Notes under the pieces: generated by a model
The model's database searches: none
Seen by the model: only the letters and a program-made list of their open reading frames with translations
What the model was told of the DNA's origin: nothing
Shown: piece after piece, positions 17,664-26,492 of the stretch
Layout: each line of letters starts with the position of its first letter
Numbering within the stretch: the first letter of the stretch is position 1
Source of the DNA: Acidobacteriota bacterium
GTDB taxonomy: Bacteria; Acidobacteriota; CAIWXX01
Reading direction: 5' to 3'
DNA: 64,000 bases
Assembly (NCBI GenBank): GCA_040755995.1
Contig: JBFMAF010000035.1
Coordinates: 64,001 to 128,000, forward strand
Program-made: the position numbers and the translations under genes

Positions 17664-18189
17664 GCTGCTCCTGCAATAGTGCCAGGTCCTGGGGATTCGC
17701 TCCGTTCTGGAGCAGGAATTGAACCACATCGTTCTTCGCCGTCACGGCCGCGGCCATGACTGCGGTCAGCTGCTGGGGGGTGTGCGCGGTGACATCGGCG
17801 CCCTTCGAAAGGAGCGATCTCACAATCTCGAGATTCCCCGCCTGCGCCCAGAACATCAGGACGGTCCAGCCATCGCGTTTCCGAGCATTGACGTCCGCAT
17901 TTGCTGCGAGAAGCAGTCTCGCCACGTTCGAGTTGTTCTTGCGTGCCGCAATCATCAGAGCGCTGACGCCGTCCTTGTCCTGCTCATTCACATCGGCCCT
18001 TCTGCCGATCAACTCCGCAACCAGTTGTTCGGCATCAAGGGCCACGGCGGCCATCAATGCGGTGCCATGATCGCGATCGCGGTGATTGACATCCCCGCCG
18101 GCGTTGATGAACTGGCGGATGTCCCTCTCATTCATTCGTGCCCAGTCGCGCGGTTCGAGATCCTTGCCTTTGGAACTGAACAACCCCAT
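17647..18189 (-). CDS. ankyrin repeat protein (180 aa)
   Basis: Repeats TALMAAV..LIGRRADVN, SALMIAA..ADVNA; GGAGGGAG RBS before MGLFSSK. Confidence 0.92.
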   Translation of the reverse strand: MGLFSSKGKDLEPRDWARMNERDIRQFINAGGDVNHRDRDHGTALMAAVALDAEQLVAELIGRRADVNEQDKDGVSALMIAARKNNSNVARLLLAANADVNARKRDGWTVLMFWAQAGNLEIVRSLLSKGADVTAHTPQQLTAVMAAAVTAKNDVVQFLLQNGANPQDLALLQEQLNKHR

Positions 18190-18346
18190 ACACTCCCTCC
18201 TTTGAGAAGAAGAATCCTGTGTGCCGGATCGGCGTAGGAGAATAACCAAGTCCGCCAGTGGAAAGCAGGCGAAGCCCACACCGTCTGTCATTTGAGGGGC
18301 CACGCGGAAGCGCTCGCAATTCCCCAGATGTCGTCATTGGGCCGCC

Positions 18347-20014
18347 CTATGCTGCGCGATCCGTCTTGGCTCCGGAGCGCCGAGTGAAGACTCGCACCAA
18401 CTGACCCGACAGGCTCAGAAGAAATATGCCAAGGACGATCACGGCGCCCCAACGGACCATCGAGGCCAGCTGGGACCACGGGATCTGCGCTGACCAATGG
18501 AACCATGTCTGATAGCAGAGAAATGCCAGGATGGCGGTGAAACCCGAGAAGAACCCGAGACATCCCCATTCCACATGACCACAATTCCTGCAGACGGCGC
18601 CAGGGTCTGTCATGATGCTCTGGCAACGTGGGCAGGCACGGTCTTTCGACTCTGATCGGGGTTCCGGACCGTGGCGCTTCTCCAGCGCACGGCTTGCAGC
18701 GTCTGCACGGCGCGCGTCGGTTGTGGACACGCCCATTGAGCCGGCGGCCTTCTTCATCAGGGAGTCCATGACGCGCAACTGCTCGTCCGCGCGCGGATGA
18801 CCAAGATCCTTGGCGCGTTGGAAACACCTTCGAGCCTCGTCATGGCGCTCGAAGCTGTCCATCATCAGGTTGAGCACCACCCCTTTGTTGTACAGGCTCT
18901 TGCTGTCCGCCGGTTGAATCTGGAGCGCCTTGTCGTAACACTGCAGAGCTTCCGCAAGTCGGCCGGTCACGCGCAGCTCCTCGCCTTTGTTGTTCCAGGT
19001 TTGCCACAATGAACCATCGAGCCTGAGTGCCCGGTCGTAGGCTTCGATTGCCCCCTCGGTCCGATGTAGCGCGGACCTGGCGAGTCCGATGTTGTGCCAC
19101 AACTTCGCGTCACTGGAATCGAGCTTGGCCGCGGTTTCGAAGCAGGTGAGGGCCTGCTCCAACTCGCCGTTCGCGCTGTGTTCCATGCCCTTGGAGAGCA
19201 GCGCGGCCCTTCCCATGTCGGCCGTTCGACTGCCGGTTTCGGCGGAGAGCATCTCTGCCACCCCCGTATGGCCGCGTGCCCGGGCGTACATGAGTGGGGT
19301 CGAACCGTCCCGGTTGCTCACTCCGGGATCGGCGCCTCGCGCCACCAACTGCGCGGCCACATCCAGGCAACCGTTCTGAGCTGCGAAGTGAAGAGCCGTC
19401 ATTCCATTGACAGGGTTGGCCTCGTTCACGTCGGCCCCCGCGTTGAGGAGGAGTTCCACGATCTGGGAGAAGCCTCGGTCCGCGGCCAGGCCTAGTGGTG
19501 TCGAACCCCACCTGTTGGGCGTGGCAAGGTCGGCGTTCTCTGCGAGAAGAAGCCGTACAGATTCCGTATGGCCCTCCTCCACAGCATACAGAATGGCCGA
19601 CGAGCCGTCGATGTTCCGGGCGTCGATGTCCACGCCCTGGCCCAGCAGCGCACGAACGATACCGGTTTGGTTCTTCCGCGCGGCCATCATGAGCGCCGTC
19701 CACCCGTTGGAATCCCCGACGTCCGCAAGGGCTCCCGCGCTGAGAAGCATCTTGACAACGTCCTCGTGGCCAGTGTCCGCTGCCAACATGAGCGCCGTGG
19801 TGCCTGTGAGCGAACGCGCGCCGGCCTGGGCGCCTGCACTCAGCAAGAGAGCCACGGTCTCCTTCTTCCCGTGCCAGGCCGCGATCATGAGCGGCGTAAA
19901 GCCCTTCGGGTCTCGACCATTGATGTCGGCGCCTTGGGCCAGCAGGCGATTGACCGCCTCAGGTCCCTGGCTCAGGATCGCCAGTACGACGTCAGCATTC
20001 GACGGGGAATTCAT
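18347..20014 (-). CDS. ankyrin-TPR-zinc ribbon-two-TM protein
   Basis: About 7 ankyrin repeats, about 4 TPRs (WHNIG, WNNKG, YNKG), CPRC..CRNC, two C-terminal hydrophobic helices; GAGGAGG RBS. Confidence 0.9.
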   Translation of the reverse strand: MNSPSNADVVLAILSQGPEAVNRLLAQGADINGRDPKGFTPLMIAAWHGKKETVALLLSAGAQAGARSLTGTTALMLAADTGHEDVVKMLLSAGALADVGDSNGWTALMMAARKNQTGIVRALLGQGVDIDARNIDGSSAILYAVEEGHTESVRLLLAENADLATPNRWGSTPLGLAADRGFSQIVELLLNAGADVNEANPVNGMTALHFAAQNGCLDVAAQLVARGADPGVSNRDGSTPLMYARARGHTGVAEMLSAETGSRTADMGRAALLSKGMEHSANGELEQALTCFETAAKLDSSDAKLWHNIGLARSALHRTEGAIEAYDRALRLDGSLWQTWNNKGEELRVTGRLAEALQCYDKALQIQPADSKSLYNKGVVLNLMMDSFERHDEARRCFQRAKDLGHPRADEQLRVMDSLMKKAAGSMGVSTTDARRADAASRALEKRHGPEPRSESKDRACPRCQSIMTDPGAVCRNCGHVEWGCLGFFSGFTAILAFLCYQTWFHWSAQIPWSQLASMVRWGAVIVLGIFLLSLSGQLVRVFTRRSGAKTDRAA

Positions 20015-20015
20015 C

Positions 20016-23000
20016 TCAGGTCCTCCTCGCTCCGAGCTCAATCAAAATATCAGCGACCTGACGGCGATCGGGATGCTTTTCCAGTGCCATGGCCAACGCA
20101 GTGTCACCGTCATCGTCGCACGCGTTGACGTCTGCGCCTCTCTTGACGAGGTCCATCATCAGCTTGAAATACCCGTGCCAGACCGCTCCCATCAGGGGAG
20201 TGCGCCCGAACCTGTCCCGCAGGTTGACCTCGTTCACGGCGTAGAGGATGTCACGTAATTCACGCTCGTTGCACTGGGTCCAATCCAGTTCGTTCGGGCG
20301 AGCCAGATCCAATCCCGGTCCTGGTCTCGAAGGGTGATACGCAATGCCCTGGACAACGCCGGCTGCGTGATCAAGCAGCGGCTTCAGCCCGTAGTCCTCT
20401 CCAATACCAATGGCTTGATTGGCTAGCTGGAGCGCCTGGTTGGTCTGGTTGGCCCTCACGGCGAGCGTGGCCTCACAGAGTAGCGCGTGAACCTTCTCCC
20501 CCGGCTCGTTCAGGGCGCCGGCAAGCCGCGCATGCTCCTCAAAGCGTCGATGCGCTTCGTGAAGGTAGCCCAGCGCCGCAAGAAGCACCGCCTGGTTGCG
20601 CAAGCATCCGAGAAGATCCCGGTCCAGACCCCGGCCGCGGCAGAGGGGCTCCTCCTCGCGCAGCAACCCCAAGGCCTCCTGATTGCGGTTCAGCGAGGCC
20701 AGAGTCGCGGCTCGCCCTCCCAGCGCCGCGACCAACCCAATAGCGTTGCCTGTCTGTCTCGAATGGCCCTCCGCTCGCTCGTAGGATGCCAGTGCCCCTT
20801 CGTAGTCGCCTCTCGCCGCTTGTGCCTGTGCGACTCCGCAGAGCGCCACAGCCTGCATCAACTCCGAGCCTGGCCTGTTGTGCCACCGCTCGACGTTGTG
20901 CTCCCATAGCTGAAACGCCGCTTCCGCGTCACCGCGAGCCCGGAAAAAGCAGGCGAGGTTCCAGACGAGCTCGTCCTCGTGGTCTCCGGGCCGCGCCACG
21001 ACGGGAGAATACGCGGCCACACAGGTCCCGGCGCCGGTTGCCTCGATCTGAGTCCAGTATCTCCACACGTCGGACTTCCGCGTCTGGAATGCAGCAGCGA
21101 AGAACCCGAGGTCGGACAGCAGGGCGAACAGGGCGGGCCACTGGCATGATTCTGCCAGGAGCCATGGCAGCTCAGAACACTTCCGATAGTTGGGCCTCTT
21201 GGCAGCCGTCCCATCGACCACATGATGCGGCTGCGATCGGAAGTACTCGACGAGGTGTGCATGCCGGCCGGCAAGCTCGCCCTGCCGTTCCAGGCGATCA
21301 ACGATCCCCTTGCGAATGGCCGCGTGATAGAAATTCAGTACGCTCGTGGCATCCGCCCGACGCTCGGCGAGGTGGGGCTCTACGTCGGCATGCAATCGCG
21401 ACCATACCACTACAGGAAGCCGAGTTACGAGGGGCGAGCGGGGGGAGCGGCGGCGAAAATCTCCCAGCACCTCAGGATCCGCTGAGAGGACATCCAGCAG
21501 TTCTTCTTCCGTCAATCCGTGGCGGCTCGCCGCCAGCAGACCCAGTGCCCGAAGTGTCAACACCCGCCCATGTTGTCGCTCGTCCTCGAGTCGGGTCAGC
21601 AGTTGTTCCACCAGTCCAGGCACGTCCGAACCGAGCGCGCCAAGGGGATCGTAGGACTTCCAGCGCCGGGCTTCCCCGAAGGCGAGACGCAGATACAGCG
21701 GGAGGCCGGCGACGGCCGATTTCCCCAGTACCTCGCTGCGTTGATCGGGCCGCAGGCTTCGGCCGGCCGCCAGGAGCCACTCGTCGAGCAGCGCCTCTCT
21801 CTCGACCACGTCAAGAGCGTCGACTCTGGCCAGGTTATCGGCGCCTGCAATGCGACTCGCCGTCCGGTAGCATTCGCCTTCAGGGCCGTCGGACTCGATT
21901 CCGGACACGATCAGCTTCACGTTGGGTGGCAGCTCGTGTGGCAACCATGTGAGGTCGCGTGCCCCGTCCGTGGGACTGAGTTGATCGAGTGCATCGAGCA
22001 GCAGGATGAGGGGTCGTTCGGCTGTCGCTAATCTCAAGCGGCTGGAGAACTCCTGGGCCAATTCACGAAAACCGCTGGGCACCGGCCATTCGTTTCCGTA
22101 CTTCTCTCCCAATTCGCTGCATAGCGACTCCAGCAGGGAGGCGCCGTCCGAGGATGCGGGTGTCGCACCGATGAAACGCGCAATAATCGTCGCGGTTGCT
22201 GCCTGATGCGCGACCGTCTCCAGCACCCTCCCCATGAGCGCCGTCTTGCCCGAACCGGAGACTCCGTGGATCAAGAAGGGACAGTTCCGGTCGCCTCCGA
22301 TGTAAGTGTCGATCTTCTCAAGCTGTGCCATCCGGCCCTTGAAGTGCTCGGCGCGCTGCAAACCGAGGTCCCAGTGAGCTCGTATCTCGCGGTCCAGCTC
22401 CCTGCCCCTCTCGAACTCATCTATCTCCCGCTCTATGATCGAGATGAGATCACGCTCCACGCGCGCACAGAGAGTCGAGATCTCTTCATTTGAGATCACA
22501 GGCCAGTTGGTCGTGTACTCATACACATGATCATGTGCGAGCAGACCTGGTTGGCTATCATCCCCCTTCAGGGAGTGCTTGAGAGCACGGAGGCACTCCT
22601 CTGCCTCGAGATCGCGTGCCCCGTTGATCAGGTCGCGGTAGTCCCTGGCGGAGTGGTCTGTGGGCAGACCTGTGATCGTCCGGAAGTAACCAAACACCTG
22701 CCGCTGAGCCCCTGGCTCCTCGAGAGCGCTGCGAATCTCTTGATGACTTGCCGAGTCCTGGTATTTGTCGAGACGTCGATCGCCAGTGTCGAATAGCTGC
22801 TTCGCCGCCGCCAGTAACAGCGAGTGCAGACTTGGTTCCACCGCCTTCCACTGGTCTTCGGCATCATTGTTCGCCTCTCTCGGCAAGAGGTCGTATCTGG
22901 CCGGGACCGCGTTGTCGTCGCGTCTGTACCAGCTGTGGACGACTACACCGGCCGGAACCGCGCTGTCGTCGCGTACATCGCGCCCGGTCGTCTTTTCGCG

Positions 23001-23381
23001 ATGTCTATACCAGCTGGGCAGGAGATTATGGTGTGGGATGCGCCGCAAGAGCGCCTCGAATTCGATCGCCTCGATCTGCGCCGGCAGCGGCCTCCAACCA
23101 TATCGTTCACCAAGCAGCACAATGAAATTCGGACGAGGGGAAAGTCTCTGACAACGCCTCAGCTCCTGGAGGCAGATATTCATCGTCTGCTGGTCGAGCG
23201 CGGCCTCCTCGCTCACGCCCCAGCGAAGGTCGACCGCGTGGAACCGAGCGCCGCGGTCACGGCAATAGGTGCGTAGGTGGGTGAATGTGTTCTCCTGCAG
23301 TGCATTTCGTTCTGCGACCATGTCGCTGAACGTGGAGCTCACAAAGACCCGAAAAATCAGATCCCGTCGCGTCATTGTCAT
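20016..23381 (-). CDS. NLR-like STAND NTPase: DUF4062-NACHT/AAA-TPR-ankyrin
   Basis: RVFVSSTFSDM..ER, VDLRWG, LLGERYGW; GVSGSGKT; LLLDALDQL; TPR helices; C-terminal ankyrin repeats. Confidence 0.9.
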   Translation of the reverse strand: MTMTRRDLIFRVFVSSTFSDMVAERNALQENTFTHLRTYCRDRGARFHAVDLRWGVSEEAALDQQTMNICLQELRRCQRLSPRPNFIVLLGERYGWRPLPAQIEAIEFEALLRRIPHHNLLPSWYRHREKTTGRDVRDDSAVPAGVVVHSWYRRDDNAVPARYDLLPREANNDAEDQWKAVEPSLHSLLLAAAKQLFDTGDRRLDKYQDSASHQEIRSALEEPGAQRQVFGYFRTITGLPTDHSARDYRDLINGARDLEAEECLRALKHSLKGDDSQPGLLAHDHVYEYTTNWPVISNEEISTLCARVERDLISIIEREIDEFERGRELDREIRAHWDLGLQRAEHFKGRMAQLEKIDTYIGGDRNCPFLIHGVSGSGKTALMGRVLETVAHQAATATIIARFIGATPASSDGASLLESLCSELGEKYGNEWPVPSGFRELAQEFSSRLRLATAERPLILLLDALDQLSPTDGARDLTWLPHELPPNVKLIVSGIESDGPEGECYRTASRIAGADNLARVDALDVVEREALLDEWLLAAGRSLRPDQRSEVLGKSAVAGLPLYLRLAFGEARRWKSYDPLGALGSDVPGLVEQLLTRLEDERQHGRVLTLRALGLLAASRHGLTEEELLDVLSADPEVLGDFRRRSPRSPLVTRLPVVVWSRLHADVEPHLAERRADATSVLNFYHAAIRKGIVDRLERQGELAGRHAHLVEYFRSQPHHVVDGTAAKRPNYRKCSELPWLLAESCQWPALFALLSDLGFFAAAFQTRKSDVWRYWTQIEATGAGTCVAAYSPVVARPGDHEDELVWNLACFFRARGDAEAAFQLWEHNVERWHNRPGSELMQAVALCGVAQAQAARGDYEGALASYERAEGHSRQTGNAIGLVAALGGRAATLASLNRNQEALGLLREEEPLCRGRGLDRDLLGCLRNQAVLLAALGYLHEAHRRFEEHARLAGALNEPGEKVHALLCEATLAVRANQTNQALQLANQAIGIGEDYGLKPLLDHAAGVVQGIAYHPSRPGPGLDLARPNELDWTQCNERELRDILYAVNEVNLRDRFGRTPLMGAVWHGYFKLMMDLVKRGADVNACDDDGDTALAMALEKHPDRRQVADILIELGARRT

Positions 23382-23543
23382 GGATCGTGTCCTGGCGCAG
23401 CGGGGCGAATAGGTTGTTGCTCCCAACCTGAGATCACAGGGAGCGCCCGATCACCACTTGGCCGGTCTGGAAGGCAACGATATGGCGTGCATCCGGAGCG
23501 CTCCGGTTCGCGGCCGGAGGCGATGCCCACTTGCATTGCAGCC

Positions 23544-23572
23544 ATAATGATCGTCGAGTCATGTTGTGTCAA
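23544..23572 (-). promoter_or_regulatory. sigma-70-like promoter for NLR/ankyrin operon
   Basis: Minus strand TTGACA-17 bp-CATTAT. Confidence 0.6.
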
Positions 23573-23711
23573 GTCAGGTAAGACCGCGACCGGGCGCTTC
23601 GGGTCTGTCATGTATCCCTCGCCGTGCGTCGTGCGTCGAACGCGGGATCGCCTTGATCGGATGCGTGGCGCCCCGGCCGGGTTCCGGCGGAGCGCCACGC
23701 TCGCTCACCTC

Positions 23712-26081
23712 CTACTTCACGACGAACGGTACAGTGTTGCTCTTCGTTCCGTCGACCACCGCATACACGCTGACCGTTCCTTTCTTGAGCTTCTTCGGGA
23801 TGCTCACCTTCAGCCGGCTCGGGGACGCCGAGTTCACGGTCCCCTTCGACTTGCCGAAGTACACGATGTTCTTGGTCTTGTCCGGACTGAAGCCGCTGCC
23901 GTAGATCGTGGCGGCACTCCCCGGCTTACTGGTTCTGGACTTGATCCGCGTGATGACCGGCCCACCAGATGCGCCGACCGTGATGGTCGCCGTCGTGCTG
24001 TTTGCCGCCCCGCATGGGTTGGCCACCTGCACCCAGAAGCTGCTGGTTGAAGTCAAGGGCGGGGTGACAAAGACATTGGAATTCGTCCCGACAGCATCGC
24101 TGGTGTCGCCCGTGGTGCCTTGATACCACTGGTAGAACAACGGTGCCGTGCCATTGGCCACCACGCTGAGGGTCACGCTTTGTCCGCTGGTCACGGTGGT
24201 GCTCTGTGGCTGCAGTGCGATCGAGGGCGGGACGCAGCCGGAGCTCACGGTGACGGTCGCCGTGAAACTGTTCACGGAGCCGCACGCGTTGCTCACGCGC
24301 ACCCAGTAGCTCGCGTTGGCGGAAAGCGGCGGTGTAGTGTGCGTGCTCGAGTTCGCCCCGACCGGGAAGCTCGTATCACCGCTCGCACCCTGGTACCACT
24401 GGTAGTTCAACGGGGTAGTCCCCGTGGCCGCCACGGCGAGAGCCGCCGATTGTCCTATGCCAACAGTGGTGTTCTGCGGTTGAACCGTTATCGAGGGTGG
24501 CACGCACCCAGAGGTCACCGTGATGGTGGCCGTGTTGCTGTTGGCAGACCCGCACGCATTGCTCACACGCACCCAGTAATTGGTGGTTGCGGTCAGTGGC
24601 GGCGTGACATACGTGCTGGAATTCGTGCCTACGGGTGTGCTCGTGTCGCCGGTGAGCCCACGGTACCACTGGTAGTTGAGCGGTGCCGTGCCGTCGGCCG
24701 ACACGCTCAGCGTGGCGGACTGGCCGTTGGAGATGGTCTGGCTGGATGGATGCGATGTGATCGACGCCGGATTGCACGCCGGCGCCTTCTTCAGGATCGT
24801 GCCGCCGGTGCCCGATGCATAGCCGAGATCCGGGGTGATCATGCAGATTCCCCAAAGGTTGGTGGTAACGCCGCTCGCCTCAGGCGTCCACGTGGCCCCA
24901 CCGTCAGTCGTCGACAGGATGAGCCCGCCGTCTCCGACCGCCCAGCCCTGGTACGCGTTGAGGAAATGCACGTTGTTGAGATCGGTCGATGTTCCGCTGG
25001 TCTGAGGCACCCAGGTGGCTCCGCCATCGACCGTATGGAGTATGGTTCCGCCGTCGCCCACGATCCAGCCCGTCATGAGGTCGAGCATCCTGATCGATTT
25101 CAGCCACTGCGTCGTCCCGCTGGACTGAGCGATGATCGTCGGCCAGCTGGGATACTGCGCTGAGCCGTTCGAAATGCGATGGATCGTGCCGCTGGAGCCG
25201 ACGGTCCACCCGTTGTCCTGATCGACGAAGTAGATGTCATAGGGTGTGGGTCCTGGGCAAGTCCTCATCGCCAAGGTGGACAGCCCGCCGCCAAGAGGCA
25301 TCGTATATCGGCCGAGGTTGCGGCAACCTGTGCCGCTCTCATACCTGGCTCCCCATGCCACTGTGGAGGAGACGGGGAAGAGGCGGTATGACGCGGGCGG
25401 GGATGAACCTCCGTCGGTTGTGACCGTCCAGCTGGCCCCGCGGTTGGTCGTGCGGATCCACGAGTACGGTGCGCCTGCCCATCCCGTGTTCTGGTCGAGG
25501 AAGCGCACGGAGTAGTAGCCCTGCGAGGACGAGACCCCGGGCACGACGACCGGCGGCCAGCTCGCGCCTCCGTTGCTGGTGTGCAACAGGACCGCAGAAC
25601 TCCCCGCTGCCCACCCTTCGTCAGGGCTCGTGAAGTGGACATCCCACACGGTCTGCGACGTACCGCTGTTGAGAGGCTGCCACACTGAAGCCTGAGACTC
25701 CGATGTGATCAGGACTGGACCGGAGCTCACACAGGTCGTGGCCCCCGCGCGGACCGTCAGCGACCAGGTGTACAGCCCGTCGGCAGGATATGCGTGAACC
25801 GGGTTTCGGTCCGTCGACATAGTGCCGTCGCCGAAATCCCAGAAGTACTCGATCCCGTCCTTGTCGTAGCTTTCGTCTACCGCGACCTTGAATACCACGG
25901 CTCGCTCGCGTCGAGCATCAGTCTGAACCTTGGCCGACTGTGCGGTGAGCAGACCGCACTCGCTGTTCCTGGCCGCAAGCTCGTCTTTGGCCACGGCGGC
26001 CGGCGCCCCCGCCGACCCCAACGAACCGAATGAGCACATGAAGAGTACCAAGAGAACTGGGAACCATTTGTGGTTGTTCAT
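23712..26081 (-). CDS. secreted PKD / YCF48-like beta-propeller / 3x Ig-like / IPT-TIG protein
   Basis: Signal peptide; WDFGDG; GWxVG..G.IL.T.DGG.TW repeats; three 90-aa Ig repeats; C-terminal IYGSGFS..SNTVPF. Confidence 0.9.
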   Translation of the reverse strand: MNNHKWFPVLLVLFMCSFGSLGSAGAPAAVAKDELAARNSECGLLTAQSAKVQTDARRERAVVFKVAVDESYDKDGIEYFWDFGDGTMSTDRNPVHAYPADGLYTWSLTVRAGATTCVSSGPVLITSESQASVWQPLNSGTSQTVWDVHFTSPDEGWAAGSSAVLLHTSNGGASWPPVVVPGVSSSQGYYSVRFLDQNTGWAGAPYSWIRTTNRGASWTVTTDGGSSPPASYRLFPVSSTVAWGARYESGTGCRNLGRYTMPLGGGLSTLAMRTCPGPTPYDIYFVDQDNGWTVGSSGTIHRISNGSAQYPSWPTIIAQSSGTTQWLKSIRMLDLMTGWIVGDGGTILHTVDGGATWVPQTSGTSTDLNNVHFLNAYQGWAVGDGGLILSTTDGGATWTPEASGVTTNLWGICMITPDLGYASGTGGTILKKAPACNPASITSHPSSQTISNGQSATLSVSADGTAPLNYQWYRGLTGDTSTPVGTNSSTYVTPPLTATTNYWVRVSNACGSANSNTATITVTSGCVPPSITVQPQNTTVGIGQSAALAVAATGTTPLNYQWYQGASGDTSFPVGANSSTHTTPPLSANASYWVRVSNACGSVNSFTATVTVSSGCVPPSIALQPQSTTVTSGQSVTLSVVANGTAPLFYQWYQGTTGDTSDAVGTNSNVFVTPPLTSTSSFWVQVANPCGAANSTTATITVGASGGPVITRIKSRTSKPGSAATIYGSGFSPDKTKNIVYFGKSKGTVNSASPSRLKVSIPKKLKKGTVSVYAVVDGTKSNTVPFVVK
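23967..24776 (-). repeat. three tandem 270-bp Ig-like coding repeats
   Basis: Units start at Cys codons 24776, 24506, 24236; each has YQWY.G..GDTS and (Y/F)WV.V.N.CG. Confidence 0.9.
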
Positions 26082-26111
26082 TTCGTTACTCCTTTCGCTA
26101 CGGCCGGAGCG

Positions 26112-26127
26112 TGCAAGCGCCGTGCCA
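26112..26127 (-). promoter_or_regulatory. sigma-54 (-24/-12) promoter
   Basis: Minus strand TGGCACGGCGCTTGCA, full consensus match, 31 nt upstream of ATG 26081 (RBS AAAGGAG). Confidence 0.85.
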
Positions 26128-26205
26128 ATAGAGCGTGGCCTCTCGGGCCAGCCGAACCGCTTGATTTCGCTCTTCTGCGATGACGTGGGCGGGTCGAGTC
26201 AGAGC

Positions 26206-26247
26206 TAACTCAACCTCGTCGTGACTTGAGATGGACTATAACTCAAC
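26206..26247. promoter_or_regulatory. direct repeat TAACTCAAC x2, candidate activator sites
   Basis: TAACTCAAC at 26206 and 26239 (33 bp apart) with TTGAG between. Confidence 0.5.
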
Positions 26248-26492
26248 TACTCTCATCGCAACGCGGGATGACTTCCGGTCCGCAGAAGACCGAGGCCGGA
26301 GCGTGCTCTAGTAGGGGCGAACTCGACCTGACGTCCATCCTGAGAGTCATGAGCGCATCCCGTTTCGATGGCGATCATCATTGATGCGCGTACCGAACGC
26401 TTGTATCATCTCGCAAATAATGAGGGCGATTCAGGGCGGCACTCGAGTCTGGCCTACCGAACCAACTGGTGGAAGCGAAGGGGATTGGGGGA

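Noticed and set aside
18170..18189. Eukaryote-type myristoylation motif MGLFSS
   Set aside because: Short motif common at bacterial N-termini; no secretion-system context
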